Positions 16,023 to 26,596 are shown, counted from the stretch's first letter. The stretch: DNA of 64,000 nucleotides from an uncultured Candidatus Saccharibacteria bacterium (GCA_964426385.1 CAYRQF010000001.1:102190-166189); one strand, 5' to 3'. Notes: generated from the sequence alone by a model not told the origin. Numbers and translations are program-made.

Positions 16023-19000
16023 TTGTTAATGCCACCACAAAGTAAAAATATCAGAAGATACTCAGTCAGGACTGTTGTCGGCATTTTGATTGCTGTGGTT
16101 TTTCTAACGTCCACACAAATCATCGAAGCCGCCGCTCCGACGGTGGTAACTGGGGCAGCAACTAGTATCACAAAAACTAGTGCTATTTTGGCTGGATCTA
16201 TCACTAGTAACGGAGGTGAGCTTATAACCGACACTGGTTTCGAGTTTGGACTTACCGATAGTTATGGACAAATTATACCTTCAACTGATAACACTACTGA
16301 GTATGTGTCTGAATTTGGCACAAGTGGGTCCGGAAATGGGCAGTTCGCCAATCCATTTGACATAGATATTGATTCCGCGGGCAATATATATGTTGTTGAG
16401 CAAGATGGTTCCCGAGTTCAAAAATTTAACCCTGCGGGGGTTTACCAGATGAAATTTGGTTCCTTTGGTGTAGGTGATGGACAATTTCAACAATCAAGAG
16501 GTATCGGTGTTGATTCCGCGGGTAATATATATGTAGCCGATACGTCCCGAGTTCAAAAATTCAACTCCGCGGGAGTCTACCAGTCGCAGCTTGTGGGAAG
16601 CTTTTCTGACCCAACCGATATTGGAATTGATTCTTCCGATAATGTTTATGTGGTAAATTTCGGAGGGCACGAGATAGATATATATAATTCTGCAGGCGTT
16701 TTTCAGAATACTGTAGGGTCTTTGGGTACTGGCGATGGTCAGTTTTCAAACCCTATGTACATAGCTTTCGATTCAATTGGTAACTTTTTTGTAACTGACT
16801 TTGGAAATCATCGTGTTCAAAAATTCAACTCTGCGGGTGTTTACCAGTCACAGTTCGGCTCGGATGGCGATGACAACAATGGCGACGGTGATGGCGAATT
16901 TTCATATATTAGGGGTATCGCTATCAACTCCAATGACGATATTTATGTGAGTGATATATCACAAAACAGAGTCCAAAAATTCAACTCCGCGGGGGTGTAT
17001 TTGTCACAGTTTGGTACGTCAGGTAACGACGATGGAGAGTTTTCTGGAGCGTACGATGTAGCTATAGATAGTCTCGACGCAATATACGTAACAGATTCGC
17101 AGAATAACCGTGTTCAAAAGTTTATAGAGCAGTTTTCTGCGGATCTAAATGCCGTACTTCCAACCCTGACATGTGGTACGACTTATCACTACAGAGCATA
17201 TGCAACAAATGCTACCGCAACTAGTTACGGAGATGACGAGACATTCACAACCTTAGCCTGTGAGGAGTACATAGTTAGAACTGGACTTGCCTCATCCGCA
17301 ACAACCACAACGGTGTCTCTAGCCGGCACTCATGAAGGTGAAGGTAGTCTCAACATTACAGGCCGAGGATTTAACTACGGCCTAACTGATTCGTATGGCT
17401 CCAGCGTAAGCGAGACGGGGGATTTATTTATCGATAAATTTGGTAGTGCTGGTGGTGGGGGTGGAAATGGTACGTTTCAATTTCTCGCTTCAGTCGGAAC
17501 TGATGTAGACGGAAATATTTATACTACTGATCAGTTCGAGGATGTCATTCAGAAATTTGATGCAGATGGAAATTTCGTCTCACAGTATAATGTCAGCTTT
17601 CCAGCGCCAGGCGGATTATCACTGCCATTTTCCGTACGCGGTGCACCGGACGGTAAGCTGTACGCAATCGATGCCTACAATTCTCAGATTGTAAGATTTG
17701 ATAATAGCCTCTTTGCAAACCCGACGGTGTTTGCAGCGGGTGGCGGAGTATCATTCCCAACAGGTGTCGGATTCGACTCAGATAGCAATGTATATATAGC
17801 TGACTATGGAAATGATCGTATTGCCAAATTCAATCCAGCTGGGACTTTACTCAGCACAATCAGTGCAGGTTCGGGTGGCGGAAATGGGCAACTCTCGGGC
17901 CCCAGTGCTGTTGCTGTAGATACTGATGGCAATATCTATGTCTTGGATACCAATAACATGCGCGTTCAGAAATTCAGTAGTGCAGGAACGTATGTAGCTC
18001 AAGTCGGTAGTGCTGGAAGCGGGAATGGAGAATTCGGTATTTCGTACCAATCGTCGATTGCTGTCGACGCCGATAATTTCGTATATGTTGTCGACACATC
18101 GAACAACCGCGTTCAGAAGTTCAATTCGAATTTGGTTTATCAGTCTCAGTTCGGGGTCTCAGGGGCTGGCGATGGCGAGTTTAGTGGACCTACAGGCATC
18201 GCCATCGGAGCAAATGGAGATATTGTTATTGCAGACGTCGGAAATAGTCGCGTTCAGATATTTAACGAACATTTCGCACTCGGAGTTACTGGGCTTATAT
18301 GCGGTACAACCTATCATTACCAAGCAACTGCAACAGGCCCTGACGGCACAGAGACAGGAGACGATGCCACTCTTACGACATCCGTCTGTCCAGTCGCAGC
18401 GTCCAGTGGTGGGGGTGGATCGAGTGGAACACATTTTATCTGTACGGACTCGAGCGCTGTCAATTACACCAAGGACATTGGTGATGGACGAGTAAATAAT
18501 GATATATGTAAGTATAAACAGGTGAATGTTCCGACTACAGAGCTCGCTTGCGAGACGCCTTTGTACCTAACTCGTCCGGTGAAGTTTGGTGCATCAAATA
18601 ATCCTGACGACGTCAGACTTCTAGAGAAATACCTGAACACTTACGAAGACAGCAACTTAACAGTCGACGGCTTCTATTCTAAAGCAGATTTCGATACAGT
18701 TGTTAGGTGGCAAGAGAAGTACAGTTCTGAGATCCTGACACCGTGGGGTATTACCGAAGGTACCGGCTATGTCTTCATCACAAGTTTGCGGAAAATCAAA
18801 CATATTCACGAATCGAAATGTGCCGAGGGTGGATACGTCACCGCGAGTGAGGCTTGTTACTTATATGACCAGGTGCTTAAGCGTGGCATGAATAGCGGCT
18901 TCGTCAAGTTCGCACAGAAAGCCCTTCTCGCATCAGGAAACTTGGCGGGTACTGCAGACGGAGTCTTCGGTTCGGTGACTGAGCTAGCGGTCAAGAATTT

Positions 19001-19085
19001 TCAAGCTAAAAATGGGTTAGCGAGCGATGGTGTTATCGGCCCCACAACAGGTAACCTATTGTCTGGAGTAAAGTGTGACATATAG
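16023..19085 (+). CDS. Giant secreted NHL-repeat (beta-propeller) surface protein with a C-terminal peptidoglycan-binding (PG_binding_1-like) domain
   Basis: 1020 aa. N-terminal signal/TM segment. Many repeats of ...SRVQKFNSAGVYQSQFG... (NHL-like). LTCGTTYHYRAYATN and LICGTTYHYQATATG Fn3-like modules. C-terminus KNFQAKNGLASDGVIGPTTGNLL matches the PG-binding domain. The NHL repeats are visible at DNA level (cgagttcaaaaattcaactccgcggg recurs). Confidence 0.8.
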   Translation: MLMPPQSKNIRRYSVRTVVGILIAVVFLTSTQIIEAAAPTVVTGAATSITKTSAILAGSITSNGGELITDTGFEFGLTDSYGQIIPSTDNTTEYVSEFGTSGSGNGQFANPFDIDIDSAGNIYVVEQDGSRVQKFNPAGVYQMKFGSFGVGDGQFQQSRGIGVDSAGNIYVADTSRVQKFNSAGVYQSQLVGSFSDPTDIGIDSSDNVYVVNFGGHEIDIYNSAGVFQNTVGSLGTGDGQFSNPMYIAFDSIGNFFVTDFGNHRVQKFNSAGVYQSQFGSDGDDNNGDGDGEFSYIRGIAINSNDDIYVSDISQNRVQKFNSAGVYLSQFGTSGNDDGEFSGAYDVAIDSLDAIYVTDSQNNRVQKFIEQFSADLNAVLPTLTCGTTYHYRAYATNATATSYGDDETFTTLACEEYIVRTGLASSATTTTVSLAGTHEGEGSLNITGRGFNYGLTDSYGSSVSETGDLFIDKFGSAGGGGGNGTFQFLASVGTDVDGNIYTTDQFEDVIQKFDADGNFVSQYNVSFPAPGGLSLPFSVRGAPDGKLYAIDAYNSQIVRFDNSLFANPTVFAAGGGVSFPTGVGFDSDSNVYIADYGNDRIAKFNPAGTLLSTISAGSGGGNGQLSGPSAVAVDTDGNIYVLDTNNMRVQKFSSAGTYVAQVGSAGSGNGEFGISYQSSIAVDADNFVYVVDTSNNRVQKFNSNLVYQSQFGVSGAGDGEFSGPTGIAIGANGDIVIADVGNSRVQIFNEHFALGVTGLICGTTYHYQATATGPDGTETGDDATLTTSVCPVAASSGGGGSSGTHFICTDSSAVNYTKDIGDGRVNNDICKYKQVNVPTTELACETPLYLTRPVKFGASNNPDDVRLLEKYLNTYEDSNLTVDGFYSKADFDTVVRWQEKYSSEILTPWGITEGTGYVFITSLRKIKHIHESKCAEGGYVTASEACYLYDQVLKRGMNSGFVKFAQKALLASGNLAGTADGVFGSVTELAVKNFQAKNGLASDGVIGPTTGNLLSGVKCDI

Positions 19086-19169
19086 TTAGCATTCTCACCT
19101 CGATTAATCACCAGAATCTCTTTATCCACTACAAGATACTAACGAGGCGTAGTAAAATATAGGCTGTTA

Positions 19170-22100
19170 ATGCCTACAAAAGATAAAATTCAAACAAAGC
19201 ATATTCTAAGCATTCTTGGCGCGCTTTTAATTTGTATTGTTTTCCTTGAGTCAACCAATATCTTACAAGCTGCAGCACCTACAGTGAGGACCATGCCTGC
19301 AGTCAACATAACGAAAACCAGCGCAACTCTTGCTGGTGTTGTTAGTGATGATGGTGGTCAGCTTATTACAGCGAGTGGTTTTGAATTTGGCCTTACATCT
19401 AGCTATGGTCAGAGTGTGGGCGGAGATCCGACATATAGACAGACAGATGAATTCGGTGGCACAGGTAGCGCCAATGGGCAATTAGACGAACCGATGGGTA
19501 TAGATCTCGACTCGAATGGTGATATTTTTGTTGCGGATAGAATAAACAATAGAATTCAGAAGTTTAATGGTACGACTCACGCATGGATGCAAAATATTGG
19601 TACACCCGGTACCGATCCAGAACAGCTAGAAGATCCTCTGAGTATTGTTCTTCTGTCTGACGACAGCATGTGGGTCGTAGATAGGGCGAATGGATCACAA
19701 AATAGTGGTTCGCTTATCAAGTACGATGCATCAGGAACATTCGTGGAGTGCATCACACTCAATCAGTGTGCCACAAATTTTGACTTCGGTAACACACTCT
19801 TTGCCAGTAATTTTAATGGAGGAATAGAGACAGATTCATCGGATAATCTGTACTACACAAAGGGTAATGAAGTTTATGCAATTGCAAATGGGACAAATGC
19901 TACTATTTTTGTAAAAGGGGCGGCAGCTAGTTCGGCAGATGGAGAATTCGATAGCCCGGCAGGGTTGTTCGTAGACTCCGTAGGTAATATTTTAGTTGCG
20001 GATAAAAACAATGGTCGTATTCAGAAATTAGAGTCTGACGGTGATTATCTATCTAAGTTTGGGACTGTCGGGTCTGGTGACGGAGAGTTTCAAACTCCGG
20101 CGGCTATAACATCAGATAGTACCGGAGATTTGTTTGTAGTTGATGCTGGTAATGGCCGTATTCAGAAATTTGATTCAAATGGGAATTTCATACTTGATTT
20201 TGGGTCAGTTGGTCAAGGGGACGATCAGTTTGCGGGTCCTGTGGAAATTGTCGCAGATGCAGCAGATGACTTATATATTAGCGATAGTCAGAACGATCGT
20301 ATCGTGAAGTATGAGCAGGGTTTTACTTCGGACTTGTCAGTGGTCTTGCCATCTCTTACGTGTGGAACCACTTATCACTATCGAGCTTATGCCACAAACT
20401 CTGATGGAACATCTTATGGTTTAGACGAAACTTTCTCGACACTGGATTGCGATGTGCCTCTGGTTAGAACAGGTGTCTCGTCATCAATTACTGCTTCTTC
20501 AGTGACACTCGCAGGTACACATGAGGATGTAGGAAGCCTATCGATGACCTCTAGAGGTTTCCACTACGGTACAACTGCTTCATACGGCCAGTCTGTAAGT
20601 GAGGACGGTGATCTGTATATAGATAGTTTTGGTTCCGCGGGTGGAGGGGGAGGGAACGGTACATTTTTATCACTATACGGGGTAGGCTCTGACGCTGAAG
20701 GCAATATTTACACCACTGACAGTTTTGAAAATATCATCCAGAAATTTAGTGCTACGGGTACTTTTATATCTCAATATGACGTAAGCTTCCCTGATCCAGG
20801 CGGAGTCACAACCCCTTATGTGCTTCGTGGTGCACCAGATGGAAAGTTGTACGCTGTTGATGCTTTTAATAGCCAAATAATCAAATTCGACGATAATAAT
20901 TTTACTAACCCTACTGTTTTTGCTGCAGGCGCAGGATTATCATTTCCGACAGATATCGCTTTTGATGCCAGTAGTAATATTTACGCTGTAGATTCTGGAA
21001 ACAGCCGAGTAGTTAAACTAGACCAGACTGGTTCTATTGTTTTGGAAATAGATAATCCTAACGGAGGTCCAGATTTTGCAGCGTTACAAACTATTGCTGT
21101 TAATTCGGGCGGAGATATTTTTGTCTATGACGGTTCAACGCTACAAATACATAAGTTTGATTCGACTGGTGCATACGTTACTTCAACCTCAGGAGTTAAT
21201 GGTTCTGCGGACGGACAATTTGCAGGGAGTGCCTATCTGGCAAGTGACGGGAGTTACATATACGCAGCGGATGGTGCGAGCACCAGGGTTCAAAAATTTG
21301 ATTCAGATCTAGATTTCGTCTCAAAATTTGGATCTACCGGTGCTTCTATAGGTCAGTTCGCTTCTATTACCGGAATTACACTCGGCAACAGCGGCGATAT
21401 TATTGTCGCTGATTCAGGCAATTCAAGGATTCAGATTTTTAACGAAAGATTCTCTTTGCCTTTGGTGGGCCTTACTTGCGGAACGACCTATCACTATGAG
21501 GCATTTGCTACGAGTCCCGATGGTACAGGGGACGGTGACGATGCAACTTTTACAACTAGCGCTTGTCCTCCGTCAACGGGCGGTGGGGGTGGAACCACGG
21601 GGTCTAGATACTACTGTAATGACCCACTGGCTACTAACTATACTGAGAACGTACCGTCGAATCGTGTCGACAACGATCTATGTAAATACCCTGAACCAGA
21701 TGACGATGAGCTCGCATGTACTGGTACACTATTTTTGAGTAAGCCCGTAAGATACGGCTACGCTAACAACCCAGAAGACGTGAAGCTCTTGGAGAGATTT
21801 CTAAATACTTACGAGAATACGACCCTCACAGTCGATGGAGTGTATGCGCACAACGACTATGTTGCTGTTGTTACATGGCAAGAGAAATATGCAAGTGAGA
21901 TATTGAAACCTTGGGGCCTAACCAAAGGAACTGGCTACGTGTTTATCACCAGTCTCAGAAAGATTCAGAAGGTGCATGATACAGGATGCGCAGAAACAGA
22001 AAGACTGAAGAGAGATTTCTGCTACATCTATGATCAGAAACTGAAAAGAGGGGACAATATCCCACTAGTTAAGTTCGCCCAGAAGGCACTGCGTGCAGCG

Positions 22101-22250
22101 GGTACTTTTAGTGGCACTATCGACGGAGTCTATGGACCGGTAACAGAATCGTCCGTCAGAAGCTTCCAGACTCAGAATGGTCTCGCCGGGGATGGAGTCC
22201 TAGGGGCTACTACTGGTCTCAAACTTGAAGAAGTTACTTGCAACATCTAG
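19170..22250 (+). CDS. Giant secreted NHL-repeat surface protein, tandem paralog of 16023..19085, with a C-terminal PG-binding domain
   Basis: 1026 aa with the same architecture: signal/TM, NHL repeats (RIQKF..G.F), LTCGTTYHYRAYATNSDGTSYG, and C-terminus RSFQTQNGLAGDGVLGATTG. Both paralogs have a similar ribosome-site context (ggctgttaatgcc / ggattgttaatgcc). Confidence 0.8.
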   Translation: MPTKDKIQTKHILSILGALLICIVFLESTNILQAAAPTVRTMPAVNITKTSATLAGVVSDDGGQLITASGFEFGLTSSYGQSVGGDPTYRQTDEFGGTGSANGQLDEPMGIDLDSNGDIFVADRINNRIQKFNGTTHAWMQNIGTPGTDPEQLEDPLSIVLLSDDSMWVVDRANGSQNSGSLIKYDASGTFVECITLNQCATNFDFGNTLFASNFNGGIETDSSDNLYYTKGNEVYAIANGTNATIFVKGAAASSADGEFDSPAGLFVDSVGNILVADKNNGRIQKLESDGDYLSKFGTVGSGDGEFQTPAAITSDSTGDLFVVDAGNGRIQKFDSNGNFILDFGSVGQGDDQFAGPVEIVADAADDLYISDSQNDRIVKYEQGFTSDLSVVLPSLTCGTTYHYRAYATNSDGTSYGLDETFSTLDCDVPLVRTGVSSSITASSVTLAGTHEDVGSLSMTSRGFHYGTTASYGQSVSEDGDLYIDSFGSAGGGGGNGTFLSLYGVGSDAEGNIYTTDSFENIIQKFSATGTFISQYDVSFPDPGGVTTPYVLRGAPDGKLYAVDAFNSQIIKFDDNNFTNPTVFAAGAGLSFPTDIAFDASSNIYAVDSGNSRVVKLDQTGSIVLEIDNPNGGPDFAALQTIAVNSGGDIFVYDGSTLQIHKFDSTGAYVTSTSGVNGSADGQFAGSAYLASDGSYIYAADGASTRVQKFDSDLDFVSKFGSTGASIGQFASITGITLGNSGDIIVADSGNSRIQIFNERFSLPLVGLTCGTTYHYEAFATSPDGTGDGDDATFTTSACPPSTGGGGGTTGSRYYCNDPLATNYTENVPSNRVDNDLCKYPEPDDDELACTGTLFLSKPVRYGYANNPEDVKLLERFLNTYENTTLTVDGVYAHNDYVAVVTWQEKYASEILKPWGLTKGTGYVFITSLRKIQKVHDTGCAETERLKRDFCYIYDQKLKRGDNIPLVKFAQKALRAAGTFSGTIDGVYGPVTESSVRSFQTQNGLAGDGVLGATTGLKLEEVTCNI

Positions 22251-22730
22251 CTACTCACACTTCGAAGTTGTGCTGATGCAAACCGCCCCATCATCAACGA
22301 TGACGCGGACGTTTTCGTCGGCGTAGTCTAGTTCTATATTCTTGGCGAACTGCAGAGAAATAATAATTATCGCAGCGATGGAGAGGGCGAAAAGTATTCC
22401 CCCAGTGACAATACTATTATGGTCGTATTTATTTAGACCCTTGGCAAGCGACCAGAAACCCTTGGCAACAAGAGCGATCGGCCAATAGGCGATATAGAGG
22501 GAGGCACTGATAAGTGTCGCAATGACAACGGGTGATAGACCGAAGAATAGTTCATACCCAAAAAGTGTCCCACTGACAAGTATAGTTACAAATGACGCTA
22601 GCCAGCCGATACCTATACCGGCCATGGCGATATATAGCACGACAGCAATGATACCCATGAGTATGCGAAATACTCGAAGCCATGGGCTTATTCGGTAAGT
22701 ACCGGGCGTTCCGTAGTTGTTATTTTCCAT
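22251..22730 (-). CDS. Hypothetical integral membrane protein (start trimmed to the internal Met MENNNYGTPG; the upstream part of the track ORF overlaps the convergent gene and looks noncoding)
   Basis: 4 predicted TM helices (ILMGIIAVVLYIAMAGIGIGWL, FVTILVSGTLFGYELFFGL, VVIATLISASLYIAYWPIAL, ILFALSIAAIIIISL). Confidence 0.4.
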   Translation of the reverse strand: MENNNYGTPGTYRISPWLRVFRILMGIIAVVLYIAMAGIGIGWLASFVTILVSGTLFGYELFFGLSPVVIATLISASLYIAYWPIALVAKGFWSLAKGLNKYDHNSIVTGGILFALSIAAIIIISLQFAKNIELDYADENVRVIVDDGAVCISTTSKCE

Positions 22731-22847
22731 ACACGCTATTCTATGCCAGAAAGTGGGGTTTGTATAGAAGTTTGACAAGACATAAGTTCTTGTGCTTTTA
22801 TACGCGCAGAACAGTGAAGTTGAACTTTCCACCAAAAACAGAAGCAA

Positions 22848-23528
22848 ATGAACACCGTAGACTTCGAACTGACTGAGGGTAGTTTCCTCGAATTCGATAA
22901 ATGGATACGTAGTTATGGTTTTGAAATGGTCGTCTATGGAATGACCCACACAGGTGGTGTGAATCTTGAGGCTTCTATGCTTATCGCTCCGAGGAAGGGT
23001 GAGGGCGGGGCCGTTTACTACATCTTTGTGTGCAAAAAGACCGGTTACCTGGTTGTTGTACGCACAATCTGGCTTCTCAAGTCGAAGCGTGTGACACGCG
23101 ATAAGAAAAAAGGGTGGGTACTGATAGTTCCGATCAAGAATCCGGACCATCGTGCTCATTCATCAATCGCTATCACGAGGACCCCACGCTTTTGGGAGAT
23201 TCTCAAGGAGCGGACGATCGTTGCGCGCGAAATCGTGATCCAAGTCCCTAACTGTATCGAGTGTCACGCAAGAACCGAGATAAAAATTGACAATCGAAGC
23301 GGAAAGATCGGCGATCGACATTTCGTTTGTCCACATAATTGGTTTCACCCATCGATACACTGGAATGCTTTGCAGCACTCCAAGCTTGGATGGAAACGGC
23401 TTCTCGAGGATAGAGCGAGCGAGAAACGCAACCGACGAAACCCAAATGTCAAAGAACCGGGCTCTGCTCGTAAAAAGCGAAAGCGCTGGAAGCGATTAAT
23501 GCCAAACGGGGAAATAGTCCTAGTTTGA
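22848..23528 (+). CDS. Hypothetical protein with Cys/His cluster (CIECH...HFVCPHNWFHP) and a basic C-terminus (RKKRKRWKR)
   Basis: 226-aa ORF. Several short ORFs on both strands at 23160-23880 are probably artefacts. Confidence 0.35.
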   Translation: MNTVDFELTEGSFLEFDKWIRSYGFEMVVYGMTHTGGVNLEASMLIAPRKGEGGAVYYIFVCKKTGYLVVVRTIWLLKSKRVTRDKKKGWVLIVPIKNPDHRAHSSIAITRTPRFWEILKERTIVAREIVIQVPNCIECHARTEIKIDNRSGKIGDRHFVCPHNWFHPSIHWNALQHSKLGWKRLLEDRASEKRNRRNPNVKEPGSARKKRKRWKRLMPNGEIVLV

Positions 23529-23575
23529 CGCAGTACCTCATATGAACTGGCCGGATATCCGGCCTTTTTCATTTA

Positions 23576-23612
23576 TATAAAAAAGATGAACCCCGCCAAC
23601 GGCGCGGGGTTC
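23576..23612 (-). terminator. Rho-independent terminator for a minus-strand gene (GAACCCCGCGCCGTTGGCGGGGTTC followed by a T-run on the minus strand)
   Basis: Hairpin AACCCCGCC-AACG-GCGCGGGGTT with an adjacent A-run on the plus strand, just downstream of minus-strand ORF 23629..23826. Confidence 0.55.
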
Positions 23613-23628
23613 TGAAGGGGTTGTAGAA

Positions 23629-23826
23629 CTACTTGTCGTCAGCAACGGTGGCGTCTTCTGGGGAGACGTTTTGTTGCATGACTGACACGGATTTGGGCTG
23701 TGCATTTGAGAGCGCAAGTGCACCGGGGTATTGTACTGCAAGTGCGGTCAACAAAAGCAGGATGATGGTGGGGATGTCCGAAGGAATGGCGTTCCTTACA
23801 ATCCAGAGTTTGACGTTCTTCATCAT
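23629..23826 (-). CDS. Small hypothetical secreted/membrane protein
   Basis: 65 aa with a hydrophobic core (IPTIILLLLTALAVQYPGALALS). A terminator lies directly downstream. Confidence 0.35.
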   Translation of the reverse strand: MMKNVKLWIVRNAIPSDIPTIILLLLTALAVQYPGALALSNAQPKSVSVMQQNVSPEDATVADDK

Positions 23827-23895
23827 GACCTTGGGGGTTTTGTTTAATAATATTCCAAAGTTCTGATGTGGTCAACAAATTGTTATACTGTACTT

Positions 23896-25134
23896 ATGAA
23901 AATTTCCACAAAACAATTCAATAACATCGGTAAATGGTTTATCGTTGTAACAGTTATCGTCTGTCTCGGCAAGGTGTATGTCGATAAAAAGATTGGAGAA
24001 ATAACTGTTCCGCCAAAAGGCGATGTTGGAATGGTGGAAGCAGGGGAAGAAGTTGATTTCTTGGAGTTACCCGCGGGCTTCAAGGCAACATATTATGCCA
24101 AAGGCGTTGATGGCGCTCGCGTTATGGAGTGGGACTCGCAAGGCCGGATGCTCGTTTCTCAAACTGGCGAGGGCAAGATTTCTGTGCTTATAGACGAGAA
24201 CGGTGATGGTACTGTAGAGTCGGTAAAAACTCTCATTGATAACCTCGACAAGCCTCACGGCATGACAATAAAATGCAATCCTGTCGGTAATCCGCCATGT
24301 CACCTCTATGTGGCGCAGCATGGCGAGCTATCTCGCTATGCTTATGACGCCGACAAAATCGAATTATCCCAGTACACCAAGCTCATGGATCTACCGAAGT
24401 CAAAAACAGATCGACATTACACTCGTACCCTGCTCGACCTGAGCACGGAACAGGAAAACAGATTACTTATTTCTGTAGGCTCCTCATGTAATGTTTGTGA
24501 TGAAAAGGATGGAGTTCGTGGAAAGATTATCTCATACGATATCGATACTGGAGAGATCTCTGACTACGCCCGAGGTCTTAGAAATGCGGCCTTTATGACA
24601 CGTAACCCACTCGATGGGCGAATATTTATGACAGAAATGGGTCGTGATGGACTAGGAGACGATACTCCGCCAGACGAGATCAACGTTATAGATCCGGATA
24701 AAGTGACTAGTGTTCCAAATTTCGGCTGGCCGATTTGCTATGGTCAAAATATTCATGATGGTGACTTCGATAAAAAACAATACATACGAGATCCTTGTGA
24801 AGATCCAACGCCCGCATATGTCGACTTACAAGCACACTCGGCACCACTCGGGTTATCATTTTTCGGCGAGGAGTCTTGGCCACAGGAGTACTGGTTTGAT
24901 CTACTCGTCGCATATCATGGATCATGGAATAGGGAAGTTCCGACTGGATACAAGATAGTGCGAGTAAAAACTGACAAGAATGGCGAGTCAGCCGGAGTCG
25001 AGGACTTCATCACGGGCTGGCTGTCACCAGAGGGAGACAAGCTCGGGCGACCCGCAGATGTTAGGGTTATGCCGGGAACAATTTATATATCGGACGACAT
25101 GAAGGGTGTCATATACAAGATATCTAGAATATAG
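23896..25134 (+). CDS. PQQ-dependent sugar dehydrogenase-like protein (soluble glucose/sorbosone dehydrogenase beta-propeller family), membrane-anchored
   Basis: Start trimmed to MKISTKQFNNIGKWFIVVTVIVCLG (TM). The body, GFKATYYAKGVDGARVMEWDSQGRMLVSQTGEGKISVLIDENGDGTVE...KPHGMTI, resembles the GSDH family. Confidence 0.6.
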   Translation: MKISTKQFNNIGKWFIVVTVIVCLGKVYVDKKIGEITVPPKGDVGMVEAGEEVDFLELPAGFKATYYAKGVDGARVMEWDSQGRMLVSQTGEGKISVLIDENGDGTVESVKTLIDNLDKPHGMTIKCNPVGNPPCHLYVAQHGELSRYAYDADKIELSQYTKLMDLPKSKTDRHYTRTLLDLSTEQENRLLISVGSSCNVCDEKDGVRGKIISYDIDTGEISDYARGLRNAAFMTRNPLDGRIFMTEMGRDGLGDDTPPDEINVIDPDKVTSVPNFGWPICYGQNIHDGDFDKKQYIRDPCEDPTPAYVDLQAHSAPLGLSFFGEESWPQEYWFDLLVAYHGSWNREVPTGYKIVRVKTDKNGESAGVEDFITGWLSPEGDKLGRPADVRVMPGTIYISDDMKGVIYKISRI

Positions 25135-25177
25135 TTATTTCATTGGAGAAAAAGGGCTTTTGTACTAAAATAATCAA

Positions 25178-26596
25178 ATGCAAAACAGAACATATATACG
25201 TGATTTAAAAGATCACATCGGGACATCTATAATTATTAAAGGATGGATACAGGTGCGCCGTGACCAGGGAAAAATGACATTTTTCGATTTTCGTGATGCG
25301 ACTGGAGTCGTCCAGGGCGTTGTGCTACCTGGGAGCGCTGCTGGCGATGTTGCCAAAGAAACTCGTCCAGAATGGGTCGTGGCCGTGACTGGTAAGGTTA
25401 ACGCACGTCCTGAAAAGATGGTTAAGGTCGGCGTCCAAAACGGCGATATTGAGATCGAAGTCCTCGATATCGAAGTTCTGAATAAAGCTGAGACTCCTGC
25501 GTTTGATATATTATCTGACACCCGCGAAGTGAACGAAGAGTCTCGTCTCACACATCGTTATCTTGACCTACGCTCCGAGAGACTTCAGAAGAATCTCCGC
25601 GCCAGGCACAAAGTTCAGAATTTTGTCCGCAATCTTCTAGACGCAGAGAACTTTGTCGAAGTTGAGACTCCGATATTTACGAAGTCTACCCCAGAGGGTG
25701 CGCGCGACTATGTCGTACCATCACGAGTTTACCCTGGTAAATTCTACGCACTCCCACAGTCTCCTCAGCAATACAAACAGCTCCTCATGGCCGGCGGCAT
25801 CGAACGCTACTATCAGTTTGCCCGTTGTATGCGGGACGAAGACCTTCGAGGTGACAGACAGCCAGAGTTCACACAGCTCGATATGGAAATGTCGTTCGCC
25901 ACAGAGTCTGACATCATGTCTGTCACAGAGAATCTCCTGATCAAGCTCGTAACCGAACTATATCCGGACAAGAAAATCCAGACCATCCCATTCCCACACA
26001 TCCCATACAAGGAAGCTATGGAGAAATACGGAAGTGACAGACCTGATATACGCGAGAACAAAGAAGACCCGAACACCCTAGCATTCTGCTGGGTAGTAGA
26101 CTTCCCATTCTTCGAGAAAACTGCCAAATCTGACAACCCTCAGGCAGAAGGCGAGTGGACTTTTACCCACAACCCTTTTTCACTTTCGAAACCAGAGCAT
26201 GTCGAGAATCTCCGCGACAGGAAAAACATCGGCGATATCATCGCGGCACAGTACGACATAGTTCTGAACGGCTACGAGATCGGTGGTGGATCAGTTCGAG
26301 CGCATGATCCAGAGATTCTCAAGAATATTCTCGGCATACTCGGACACTCGCCAGAGAAAATCGAAAGTAACTTTAGCCATATGTTGAAGGCTCTCGGTTC
26401 TGGTACGCCACCTCACGGAGGTATCGCCTGGGGATTTGACCGATTGATGATGCTCCTACAGAACGAGCCGAACATCCGTGAAGTTATCGCCTTCCCAAAG
26501 ACTCGCGAGGGTCGTGACCCGATGATGGATTCGCCATCGACGATATCTGACGCTCAGCTCGCAGAGCTCTCGATCAAAGTCGTGAAGAAAGATTAA
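25178..26596 (+). CDS. aspS: Aspartate--tRNA ligase, short class IIb form (possibly non-discriminating Asp/Asn type)
   Basis: 472 aa. N-terminal OB-fold anticodon-binding domain. Motif 2 region FYALPQSPQQYKQLLM. Motif 3 GGGSVRAHDPEIL...GTPPHGGIAWGFDRLMMLL. Lacks the bacterial insertion domain (archaeal/short type). Confidence 0.8.
   Translation: MQNRTYIRDLKDHIGTSIIIKGWIQVRRDQGKMTFFDFRDATGVVQGVVLPGSAAGDVAKETRPEWVVAVTGKVNARPEKMVKVGVQNGDIEIEVLDIEVLNKAETPAFDILSDTREVNEESRLTHRYLDLRSERLQKNLRARHKVQNFVRNLLDAENFVEVETPIFTKSTPEGARDYVVPSRVYPGKFYALPQSPQQYKQLLMAGGIERYYQFARCMRDEDLRGDRQPEFTQLDMEMSFATESDIMSVTENLLIKLVTELYPDKKIQTIPFPHIPYKEAMEKYGSDRPDIRENKEDPNTLAFCWVVDFPFFEKTAKSDNPQAEGEWTFTHNPFSLSKPEHVENLRDRKNIGDIIAAQYDIVLNGYEIGGGSVRAHDPEILKNILGILGHSPEKIESNFSHMLKALGSGTPPHGGIAWGFDRLMMLLQNEPNIREVIAFPKTREGRDPMMDSPSTISDAQLAELSIKVVKKD

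Noticed and set aside
16023-22250. Repeated DNA segments within the NHL genes considered as a possible CRISPR or tandem-repeat array
   Set aside because: The repeats are in-frame protein repeats (NHL blades) of variable sequence and spacing inside long ORFs, not a noncoding array.
22731-23159. N-terminal 143 codons of track ORF 22251..23159 (minus)
   Set aside because: Overlaps the convergent ORF 22848..23528 and has poor protein-like composition. Trimmed to the internal Met preceding four TM helices.
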